Shown: positions 14,200 through 22,493 of the stretch, in pieces
How positions within the stretch are numbered: the stretch's first letter is position 1
Layout: each line of letters opens with the position of its first letter
Virus record (IMG/VR): IMGVR_UViG_3300000976_000022
Span: 1 to 44,291 of that record
Reading direction: 5' to 3' (one strand)
Source: a virus
Length of the DNA: 44,291 bases
Program-made: the position numbers and the translations under genes
Notes under the pieces: model-generated
What the model was told of the DNA's origin: nothing
Databases searched by the model: none
What the model saw: the letters and a program-made list of their open reading frames with translations, nothing else

Positions 14200-14895
14200 A
14201 TGTCTAAAGGTGTTACTTTTGCATTTGATGCAACACAATTTGATCCCGCTACTGGTAGTGGTGATATTATACCAACAGGTGAATACAAATTAAGTATTAT
14301 TTCATCTGATCTAAAAAGCAATGATAAGGGTAATCAAATGATTATGCTTGGAATGAAGGTTTTAGAAGGCCCGGAAAAAGATAAAGTTATTTTTGAAAAT
14401 ATTAATGTTAAAAACGCTAATGCAACTGCTGTTGAAATTGGACAAGCTACGATGTCTGCTATTTCACATGTAACTGGTGTTTTAACTTTTCAAACAACTG
14501 CACAATTACACGGTAAGCCGTTTATGGCGCGTGTTGAACAAACAACATATAAAAATGATAAAGGTGAAGATAAGCCCACAAATAATATCAAAGCTTATAT
14601 GGATATTGGCGGTAATCCACCTGTACGCGGTCAAGCACCACAAGCCGGGCAACCTGCACCTGCTGTAGCTGTTGCACCTGTAGCGGCCCCGGTAGCAGCA
14701 CCAGCCCCTGCAATGTCTGGTACACCTCAAATACAAGGTACACCAGCAGCAGCCCCCGCACCAGCACCAGCAGCGCAACCGGGCGCATGGGGTGGTAACG
14801 CACCTGCTAACCCTGCACAAGCACCAGCCACAACACAAGCAGCGCCCGCACCTGTAGCTGGATTTGCTAACCCTAATGCAACACCACAAGCATAA
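14200..14895 (+). CDS. DUF669-like ssDNA-binding protein candidate with a long P/A/Q-rich C-terminal tail (231 aa)
   Basis: A globular N-terminal ~150 aa immediately follows the Sak4-like ATPase, which is the usual pairing. The C-terminal ~85 aa are low-complexity (PAPAVAVAPVAAPVAAPAPA...). Confidence 0.5.
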   Translation: MSKGVTFAFDATQFDPATGSGDIIPTGEYKLSIISSDLKSNDKGNQMIMLGMKVLEGPEKDKVIFENINVKNANATAVEIGQATMSAISHVTGVLTFQTTAQLHGKPFMARVEQTTYKNDKGEDKPTNNIKAYMDIGGNPPVRGQAPQAGQPAPAVAVAPVAAPVAAPAPAMSGTPQIQGTPAAAPAPAPAAQPGAWGGNAPANPAQAPATTQAAPAPVAGFANPNATPQA

Positions 14896-14944
14896 GGTCT
14901 TAATTTACGTTATAATTTCTTTCCCCTTTATAACGTTTTAACTT

Positions 14945-14974
14945 GGCGGGTTTTAATTAACCCGCCCTTTTTTA
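14945..14974 (+). terminator. Rho-independent terminator
   Basis: GGCGGGTT ttaatt AACCCGCC followed by CTTTTTT. Confidence 0.85.
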
Positions 14975-14983
14975 GGTTTTGTT

Positions 14984-16066
14984 ATGACTGTTTTAAATTT
15001 ACCAAATGGGATAAAAAATAAACAACGGCCTGTAAGGGATGATGATAAAATACGTACTGTTCTTACAAGATTAAATACAGCTTTAGATGAAGGGGTTATT
15101 GAAAAAAATAAACGTGAACCATACGGGCTTCACAAATTAGGCGTAGGTTCAATAGGTAAAGATTGTGAACGCCAATTATGGTATGATTTCAGGAAAGTTA
15201 AAACACCAGAACCTTTACCTGTTAATGTACTTGAAATATTTGAAAGCGGTAAAATATATGAAGACCGGGCTATTCAGTTATTTGAACAAGCTAACCAAGA
15301 GATATATTATGTTGATCCCGAAACTAAAGAAACTCTTTATTATATAAAAGATACTGATTTATATAGTGCTATTCCTGAAAGTAAAAAACTTATATGCACT
15401 CAAACTGTTGCAAGAGGTGAAGACGTTTCAGGGCAAAAAAAGCATGAATGTTTAGCAGCAGAACAAGGCGTTATTCCTAATTATCAAGGTAAACAATTTA
15501 AATCATCTTCTGAAATAGCACATCTTAGCGGACGTGTTGATATGTTTTGGAAGGTTCCCGATTATGAAGATTTTGTAATTGTGCTTGATCCCAAATCATT
15601 CAATTCTAAAAACTTTAAACAGTATAAAGATAAGGGTGTTAGGGTATCTAAACATGAATACTTTGTACAAGCTTCAAAATACGCTAAAGATTATGGTTTG
15701 AATTACGCGGGTATTGTGGGCTTCAATAAAGATAATGATGAACGTCATATAGAAATATGGCATGTTGATTATGATTATATTAAATCAATAGAAGATAAAG
15801 CTTTACGTATAATTAAAGCTAAAGAACCACCACAAAGAATAGCTAATAATAGCGCTGCTTTTAAATGTAAATGGTGTGATTATAATAAAGGTGATTATAG
15901 ATTATGTCATGAAGGTAAAGGTGATATAGCTATTAATTGCAGATCATGTAAGTTTGCAATAGCAACAGATAACGGTAAATGGTTTTGTGAACATAAAGAT
16001 GTTAATGCACAAATACCAGATGATTTTATTATGATAGGTTGCCAAGCACATAGTAGGATAGTTTAA
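14984..16066 (+). CDS. Cas4/RecB-like PD-(D/E)xK exonuclease with a Cys cluster (360 aa)
   Basis: The N-terminal Cys is in GKDCERQLWY. Other motifs are GRVDM, VLDPKSF (D-x-K) and YFVQASKY (QxxxY). The C-terminal cluster CKWCDYNKGDYRLC is followed by further CxxC pairs. Confidence 0.6.
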   Translation: MTVLNLPNGIKNKQRPVRDDDKIRTVLTRLNTALDEGVIEKNKREPYGLHKLGVGSIGKDCERQLWYDFRKVKTPEPLPVNVLEIFESGKIYEDRAIQLFEQANQEIYYVDPETKETLYYIKDTDLYSAIPESKKLICTQTVARGEDVSGQKKHECLAAEQGVIPNYQGKQFKSSSEIAHLSGRVDMFWKVPDYEDFVIVLDPKSFNSKNFKQYKDKGVRVSKHEYFVQASKYAKDYGLNYAGIVGFNKDNDERHIEIWHVDYDYIKSIEDKALRIIKAKEPPQRIANNSAAFKCKWCDYNKGDYRLCHEGKGDIAINCRSCKFAIATDNGKWFCEHKDVNAQIPDDFIMIGCQAHSRIV

Positions 16067-16070
16067 AATA

Positions 16071-16205
16071 ATGATTGAATTAATAAAAATATTAAGCGTG
16101 TTATTATACGCTATTAATATGGGTATGGCTGTATATTTTTATACTAAACGTAAATATAAAAAAAGTATAATTTGGTTATTATTTGCTATTATTATTGGTA
16201 AATAA
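16071..16205 (+). CDS. Small membrane peptide (44 aa), below the ORF-track cutoff
   Basis: Manual translation gives MIELIKILSVLLYAINMGMAVYFYTKRKYKKSIIWLLFAIIIGK. It fills the gap between the exonuclease and helicase genes. Confidence 0.45.
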   Translation: MIELIKILSVLLYAINMGMAVYFYTKRKYKKSIIWLLFAIIIGK

Positions 16206-16208
16206 TAA

Positions 16209-17921
16209 ATGTTCATACCCCGTTGCTATCAACAAGAAGCTATAGATGCTACAATTAGTTACTTAAATAACTATCGTGGTAATCCTATGATTTGCTTACC
16301 AACCGGTACAGGTAAATCTATAGTTATTGCTAAAATTTGCGAAGCACTAATTAAAGCAATGAGGTCTGCTAAAATTGGACATGGCCGAATTTTAAACCTT
16401 ACACACGTTAAAGAATTAGTTGAACAAAACGGTAAGAAGTTTGAAAAAGTATCAATAGAAATAACTGTTGGTTATTTTTGTACCGGGTTAAATAAAAGAG
16501 TTACAAGTGAACCTATAACATTTGGTTCTATTCAAAGTGTAACCAAGGCATTAGAATTATTTGATCCATTTGACGCTATACTTGTAGATGAATGTCATTT
16601 AATAAGCCCTAAAGATCAAACACAATATCAATTGGTATTTGCTCATTTTAAACAATTAAATTCATATTTAAGGGTTATAGGTTTAACAGCCACTCCTTAC
16701 CGTTTAGGTTCTGGTAACTTGATAGATAGTAGTATCTTTGATGATATAGTTTATGATAGAACCAAACGTGAAGATTTTATATGGTTTATTGAACAAGGTT
16801 ATTTAGCACCATTAAGACCTAAAAGACCTGAAACGTTTTTAGAAGTTGATGGTGTTCAAATAAGACAAGGTGACTATGTAAAAGGTCAATTAGAAAAAGC
16901 TGTTAACGTTCATTCTAAAACCGTAGCTGCTGTATCTGAAATGTGTCAATATGGATTTGATAGAAAATCATGGTTACTATTTGGATCAGGTAAAAATCAT
17001 GTTGAAGCTATAAACCGTGAATTAATTAATCAAGGTATTTCATCAACATTTGTTCATAGCGGCATAAGGAAAAAAGAAAGAAATAGCCGTTTAAAAGCTT
17101 ATTTAAAAGGTGAGTTTAGAGCAATGGTTAATATGGGTATTTTAACTACTGGTTTTGACCATCCACCATTAGACCTTATAGGCGTTTTACGGCCTACACA
17201 AAGCCCGGTCTTATGGGTACAAATGCTAGGGCGTGGTACGCGGCCTTGGGGTGGCGGTGAAATTGAAATTGATCCCGGTTTATTCGCTCTATGGCCCGGT
17301 ATAAAGACCGATTGCCTTGTAATGGACTTTGCCGGGAATACGGCCCGAATTGGCCCTATAAACGATCCTGTAAGGCCAAAACAGCGAAAAAAGGGCCAAG
17401 GGAAAGGGGATGGACTAACACACGCGCCTGTAAGGCTTTGTCCCGAATGTGACCATTATTCACACGCAACTAAACCTATATGTGATTATTGCGATTATGT
17501 TTTTCCTATAGAAGAAAAGATTGATGAAGAAGCAGATACACGTGAATTAATTACAAGGGAAAAACCAACAGAAGAACGCTATAAAGTTAGAAACGTATGG
17601 TATAGAAAAAATCAAGTAACTGGTAAATTGCCAACTTTAAGGGTTACTTATGTATGTGATAAATTACCAACAAATAACAAACTTAAAGTATCTGGTACAA
17701 AGAAGTTTTTAGAATGGGTTTGTTTAGAACATTTTGAAACAAGCGGTAAAGACGGTTTTGCAAGACGTGAAGCTAAAGAATGGTGGTATGAACGTTCACC
17801 AGAAGAACCACCTAAAACGATAGATGAAGCTTTAACAAAAACATCATCTTTACCTATACCTAAGTTTATTCATGTGATAACAAATCAAGAATACCCCAAA
17901 GTAACTAGATGCGAGTATTAA
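16209..17921 (+). CDS. SF2 DEAD/DEAH-box DNA helicase (570 aa)
   Basis: Motifs present: LPTGTGKS (Walker A), LVDECH (motif II), LTATPYR (motif III), QMLGRGTR (motif VI). A C-terminal zinc ribbon reads CPECDH...CDYCDY. Confidence 0.85.
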   Translation: MFIPRCYQQEAIDATISYLNNYRGNPMICLPTGTGKSIVIAKICEALIKAMRSAKIGHGRILNLTHVKELVEQNGKKFEKVSIEITVGYFCTGLNKRVTSEPITFGSIQSVTKALELFDPFDAILVDECHLISPKDQTQYQLVFAHFKQLNSYLRVIGLTATPYRLGSGNLIDSSIFDDIVYDRTKREDFIWFIEQGYLAPLRPKRPETFLEVDGVQIRQGDYVKGQLEKAVNVHSKTVAAVSEMCQYGFDRKSWLLFGSGKNHVEAINRELINQGISSTFVHSGIRKKERNSRLKAYLKGEFRAMVNMGILTTGFDHPPLDLIGVLRPTQSPVLWVQMLGRGTRPWGGGEIEIDPGLFALWPGIKTDCLVMDFAGNTARIGPINDPVRPKQRKKGQGKGDGLTHAPVRLCPECDHYSHATKPICDYCDYVFPIEEKIDEEADTRELITREKPTEERYKVRNVWYRKNQVTGKLPTLRVTYVCDKLPTNNKLKVSGTKKFLEWVCLEHFETSGKDGFARREAKEWWYERSPEEPPKTIDEALTKTSSLPIPKFIHVITNQEYPKVTRCEY

Positions 17922-17922
17922 T

Positions 17923-18123
17923 ATGTCAATAGATGAACGTGTTATTAAATGGCTTAAATCAAATGATGATTTAGAAATTAAAACTGCTTTAGATGAATAT
18001 AATAAAGCTTGGTTTGGGTTTATGAAAGCAGAACCACAAACACATAATGTTAAACAAATGCTAAAAAAGTATGCAATACTTAAAAGACTATTTCATACAA
18101 AAACAAACACACCCTATTTTTAA
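17923..18123 (+). CDS. Hypothetical protein (66 aa)
   Basis: ORF packed tightly between the helicase and clamp-like genes. Confidence 0.6.
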   Translation: MSIDERVIKWLKSNDDLEIKTALDEYNKAWFGFMKAEPQTHNVKQMLKKYAILKRLFHTKTNTPYF

Positions 18124-18134
18124 CAGTATTAATA

Positions 18135-19157
18135 ATGCCTAAACCAGTTAGTAGAAAAACAGCATTAATAGTTAATGCAATTAGATTTGTTAAAAAAGTC
18201 CATCCTAAACGGGCTAATTTATCAATATTAGAAAAGCATGTAAGATTACATAATGGCTTTGCTACCTGTTTTGATGGTGATATTGCTATGTCCCATCCAA
18301 TAGGTTTAGATTTAGAAGTATGCCCACAAACGCATGAATTATCAACAGCCCTTACTAAATGTGGTTCCGGGTTAACGTTTTCAACAACTAAAGCTGAAAG
18401 CCTTAGAATAGAAGGTAAAAAACAAACTGTTATTATGCAATGCGCTAACCCTTCTGCATTTGCTTTTGTTGAACCTGATCCACATACTTTAGCAGTCAAT
18501 GATTATATGATTGAAGCGCTTCAAAAAGTAGCTGTTATTGTAGATGATAAAAATGATAAAATTGTACTATCTAATGTATGTATTGACGGGCCTACTTGTT
18601 GTGGAGTTAACGCTAGTGTTATTTTACAATCATATCACGGTTTTAATATAGGTGAAAGAATACTTGTATCAAAGAAGGCTGTAAAAATATTAATAGATGT
18701 TGGTAAAAAACTTTCTATAACTCATATAGGACGCGGGCAAAACAGCCTAACTTTTTATTATGATAATGGTGCTTGGATTAAAATATATAACCCTGAAGAT
18801 AACTATCCTAATGTTAATGATTTTCTTAATATCAAGACTGATCTTAAACCTATTAATAGCGAGTTTTTTAAAGGTATAACACATGTACTACCTTTTTGTA
18901 ATTTCGGGGATGGTGTATATTTTAATGATGGTGTAGTGTATTCATGCAGCCATGAAGGAGAAGGTTCTAAATATAATATAGGTTCTTCTGAAGACGGTTT
19001 ATTTTATGGCTATAATATGCAATATTACGGGGGTGAATATTTTAAAGCAGTATCTAAGTATGTTGATAAAATAGATTTTACTTCCCATCCAACAGCTTGT
19101 TACATTGAAGGTAATAATTTTCGTGGTTTAATTCATAAGGTAACAGGTAGCTACTAA
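18135..19157 (+). CDS. DnaN-like sliding clamp candidate (340 aa)
   Basis: The length suits a three-domain beta clamp. EDNYPNVNDFL sits about two-thirds along, where E. coli DnaN has GRFPDYRRVL. The gene lies immediately upstream of the polymerase with an overlapping stop/start. Confidence 0.4.
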   Translation: MPKPVSRKTALIVNAIRFVKKVHPKRANLSILEKHVRLHNGFATCFDGDIAMSHPIGLDLEVCPQTHELSTALTKCGSGLTFSTTKAESLRIEGKKQTVIMQCANPSAFAFVEPDPHTLAVNDYMIEALQKVAVIVDDKNDKIVLSNVCIDGPTCCGVNASVILQSYHGFNIGERILVSKKAVKILIDVGKKLSITHIGRGQNSLTFYYDNGAWIKIYNPEDNYPNVNDFLNIKTDLKPINSEFFKGITHVLPFCNFGDGVYFNDGVVYSCSHEGEGSKYNIGSSEDGLFYGYNMQYYGGEYFKAVSKYVDKIDFTSHPTACYIEGNNFRGLIHKVTGSY

Positions 19158-21139
19158 TGTTTTTTGATGAAGATGCATTTAGAAAGAAAAGTAAACAACC
19201 TATAGCATTAAGCGGTGAACGTTATACAGCACCTATTTATGCAAACCCTATAATTGAATGGTTTACACAAGAAACGCTTACAGAAGAAATAGGCGGGCGT
19301 CTATCTTTTGATATGGAAACTTACCCTAACTATTATTGCGCCTGTTTCAAATCATTTAAAACAGGTAGAGTTTTAGCCCTAGAAGTAAGACGTGGTGAAA
19401 AAGCGCCTTATGATTTATTTCTATGGGTTATTCATAATTTTGAAATAGTAGGTTTTAATAATCATTGGTTTGATGATGTTCTAGTGTGGGCAATACTTAG
19501 TAATTTTGATGATACAGATGAATTATTTAAGGTAGTTAGTTATATAATTCCCGGTGGCGGTATGCAAGGCCCGCCCCCTTGGATAGTAGAAAAACATTTT
19601 GGATTTAAGATACAAGGGGGTAATTCTGTTGATCTTATTAATGTATGCCCCCTTAAGGCCAGTTTAAAGCTATATGGCGGGCGTTTACACTTTAAACGTA
19701 TGCAAGACCTTCCAATAAAACCGGGTACTGAATTAACACCACAACAGCAATATGATACATTAATATATTGTATAAATGATTTAGATGTAAATATTCATAT
19801 TTATAATAAACTTGTTAAACAGATAAATTTACGTACTCAAATGGGTGTACAATACGGTATTGATTTAAGATCAAAATCAGATGCACAAATTGCTGAATAT
19901 GTTATAAAAAGTGAAGTTGAAAAACTAATAGGGCGTAAAGTTTACCCGCCAACTATTGATGAAGGTGTTTGTTATGGTTATGATATACCTTCTTATCTAA
20001 CATATAATTTTCAACAATTAAATGAAGCATTAGAAGTTATTCGTAATGCTAGTTTTGAAATAGGATATTCAGGCCATATTCAAATGCCTGAAGAATTGAA
20101 AAACTATGTAATTGAAATAAATGATAAAAAATATAAACTAGGTATAGGTGGTTTACATAGTCAAGAAAGTAAAGTTAGTTATAACACTACTGAAGATATG
20201 TTAATTATAGATCGTGATGTAGCTAGTTATTATCCTGCTATAATATTAAATCAAAAATTATATCCTAAACAAATGGGTGAAGCTTTTCTTGATGTTTATA
20301 AAACTATTGTTGAAAGAAGATTAGCTGCTAAAGCTGCTAAAAATAAAGCTGTATCTGATAGTTTAAAAATTACTATTAACGGTACTTTTGGTAAATTTGG
20401 TAATAAATATTCTGCTGTATATAGCCCACAAATGGTAATTCAAATAACCTTAACGGGCCAGCTTTGTTTACTTATGCTTATTGATATGTTTGAAACAAAT
20501 GGTTTTGAAGTAGTATCGGCTAATACAGATGGTGTTGTAACTTTGGTTCCAACAGATCGTAAAGATGAATTTGATGATATATGTAAACAATGGGAAAATA
20601 TAACTAATTTTATAACTGAAGAAACTATGTATTCTGGTTATTATGGGCGTGATGTTAATAATTATATAGCTGTAAAAACTAACGGCAAAACTAAAGGAAA
20701 AGGTGCTTTTACTAATCCATTCTTTGATGATGAATGGAATTTTGCACTTCAGAAAAACCCCCAAAATAGTATATGTATTGAAGCAGCCATTAAATTAATA
20801 ACTGAAGAAATACCAATTGAAGATACAGTTAGGTCTTGCCAAGACATTAGAAAATTTGTAACAGTAAGAAATGTTACCGGGGGTGCATATAAAGATAATG
20901 TACTTATAGGTAAAAACATACGTTGGTATTATAAGAAGAATGAATTAGGATTTATTGAAACACCTAAAGGTAATATGGTTCCTAAGAGCCGGGGCGCTTG
21001 GCCTTTATTAGAATTACCAGATCAATTACCAGAAGATTTAGATTATCAATGGTATATACAAGAAACTAAATATATTCTTCTTGATGTTGGTTATTATAAT
21101 AGGCCCATAAAAAAGCTACCGTACAAGACGATAGCTTAG
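19157..21139 (+). CDS. Family-B DNA polymerase with 3'-5' exonuclease domain (660 aa)
   Basis: Exo I is FDMET, Exo II is NNHWFDD and Exo III is YCINDLD. Pol motif A is DRDVASYYPAII (DxxSLYPS-like). Motif B is KITINGTFGKFG (KxxxNSxYG-like). Motif C is SANTDGV (DTDS-like, with Asn in place of the first Asp). Confidence 0.75.
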   Translation: MFFDEDAFRKKSKQPIALSGERYTAPIYANPIIEWFTQETLTEEIGGRLSFDMETYPNYYCACFKSFKTGRVLALEVRRGEKAPYDLFLWVIHNFEIVGFNNHWFDDVLVWAILSNFDDTDELFKVVSYIIPGGGMQGPPPWIVEKHFGFKIQGGNSVDLINVCPLKASLKLYGGRLHFKRMQDLPIKPGTELTPQQQYDTLIYCINDLDVNIHIYNKLVKQINLRTQMGVQYGIDLRSKSDAQIAEYVIKSEVEKLIGRKVYPPTIDEGVCYGYDIPSYLTYNFQQLNEALEVIRNASFEIGYSGHIQMPEELKNYVIEINDKKYKLGIGGLHSQESKVSYNTTEDMLIIDRDVASYYPAIILNQKLYPKQMGEAFLDVYKTIVERRLAAKAAKNKAVSDSLKITINGTFGKFGNKYSAVYSPQMVIQITLTGQLCLLMLIDMFETNGFEVVSANTDGVVTLVPTDRKDEFDDICKQWENITNFITEETMYSGYYGRDVNNYIAVKTNGKTKGKGAFTNPFFDDEWNFALQKNPQNSICIEAAIKLITEEIPIEDTVRSCQDIRKFVTVRNVTGGAYKDNVLIGKNIRWYYKKNELGFIETPKGNMVPKSRGAWPLLELPDQLPEDLDYQWYIQETKYILLDVGYYNRPIKKLPYKTIA

Positions 21140-21207
21140 GTTTTCAAGTAATAACTAAAGAAGCTTTACGTTTTGATTTAGATGATGAAATACCTTTTTA
21201 ATTATTC

Positions 21208-21217
21208 GGACAAGACC
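21208..21217 (-). repeat. GGTCTTGACC motif, copy c (one mismatch: GGTCTTGtCC)
   Basis: Read directly. The flank tttGGTCTTGtCCGAATAAT is nearly identical to copy d. It begins 3 nt after the stop codon of the last late gene. Confidence 0.85.
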
Positions 21218-21220
21218 AAA

Positions 21221-22492
21221 TTAAAATGCTATTTTGAAATGTGGCAACCATCTTCTAATATCAAGCCTATTAGGATCAATAATAGAGCTATCTCTTATAT
21301 CCCCGGTTCCGCTATGAGGCGATGTTAATGAATTAGAAGCTCTATGTTCAAAAGCATAACTCACCTCTCTTTCGCCTTCCAAACCGTTTAGAAATCTGTC
21401 AAGTTCTAAAACAATATTTCTACCAGAAACAGTTATTGTATTAATATTATTTATACCGCTTTTATCTTTTACACTTAGCCCACAATCTGTAGTGTCCCAA
21501 AATGATTTATCAACAAGTAATGGTTCTACAAAATCACCTAAAAATTCTATAGTTATGGTTTTATCTACAATTTGTATATTTCTTGAAGGGTATGGTAAAC
21601 CGCTATCTAAACCATTTATAACTCTATTAAAAACATAACCTCTTAAAATACCCATATCGTTTTGACCTTTGGCATTAGTATGTATTTCATCTGATTTATG
21701 TTCAAAAGGGTAAATAGCAGATGTTATAAGTGAAACACCATCTTCATGTAAACGTAACTGATCTAAAGTAGCTGTAGCAGGTTTAAAAGTATCTATAAAA
21801 TCAGGATCAGGATTATTTTGCAAAGTGTTCCAAGATGTTTGATAACTTAATGATATTACATTTTCGGTTTGCCCGGTAATAGATTTTATAAAAGCTTCTT
21901 GTTCATGTATATTATTTTTACGTAAATTATAATAATCAAGTACACCTGCACCATTATTAGCTTCACCTTGCCTATCAGCAGTAATTAAATGAATATAGTT
22001 AACATTTCTATCAGTAGCAGTTTTATTAGAAGCTATTATATAAGGTTTAAAAACAGAATTATACCAATTATCATTAATATCAGTAATATCTTCTATACCT
22101 CCATCTATTAGTATTTGCGGTGAAGTATAACCAGAATTAAAATAACCTACGCCTTTACCCCCTACTGCAAAAATACCGTAAATGCAAAAATCATCAAATC
22201 CTAAATTTTGCAATAAATTAGCACCAGCAGTTAAACCGCTTTCACCATGATAGCTAAAAATACCAGTTTGTTTAGCCGTTTCTCTAAGTAATTCTAATTC
22301 TTCTAAAGGTTCATCACTTTGATTATGTAAAGGGCCGTTTAAAAACATAAGTGATTTTTCGGAACCATTTGATATATTATCTATTAAAATAGTTTCGTTA
22401 TTAACACGTTCTGCTGAAGTAGCGCCATTAGATTGTCCACCTATGGAAATACCATAAATAGTAGTTGGTATTTCAATATAAGAAAATGCCAT
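21221..22492 (-). CDS. SGNH-hydrolase, SASA/CE6-type O-acetylesterase-like tail protein (423 aa)
   Basis: Three catalytic blocks are present: ISIGGQSNGAT (GQSN serine block), ADRQGEANNG (QGE block) and KSDEIHTNAKG (DxxH block). It is the last gene of the tail-fibre cluster. Confidence 0.6.
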   Translation of the reverse strand: MAFSYIEIPTTIYGISIGGQSNGATSAERVNNETILIDNISNGSEKSLMFLNGPLHNQSDEPLEELELLRETAKQTGIFSYHGESGLTAGANLLQNLGFDDFCIYGIFAVGGKGVGYFNSGYTSPQILIDGGIEDITDINDNWYNSVFKPYIIASNKTATDRNVNYIHLITADRQGEANNGAGVLDYYNLRKNNIHEQEAFIKSITGQTENVISLSYQTSWNTLQNNPDPDFIDTFKPATATLDQLRLHEDGVSLITSAIYPFEHKSDEIHTNAKGQNDMGILRGYVFNRVINGLDSGLPYPSRNIQIVDKTITIEFLGDFVEPLLVDKSFWDTTDCGLSVKDKSGINNINTITVSGRNIVLELDRFLNGLEGEREVSYAFEHRASNSLTSPHSGTGDIRDSSIIDPNRLDIRRWLPHFKIAF

Positions 22493-22493
22493 T

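Noticed and set aside
14506-14889. Cys/Arg/Trp-rich antisense ORFs 14506..14889 and 14588..14803
   Set aside because: They are mirror images of the GC-rich P/A/Q low-complexity coding tail. Such repeats are open in several frames by construction.
8809-20764. Antisense ORFs in the rightward block: 8809..9021, 13114..13323, 18080..18499 and 20468..20764 (all -), plus the alternative-frame ORF 15165..15347 (+)
   Set aside because: Each is fully embedded in a longer, motif-bearing or operon-consistent ORF. None has a start context or recognisable motif.
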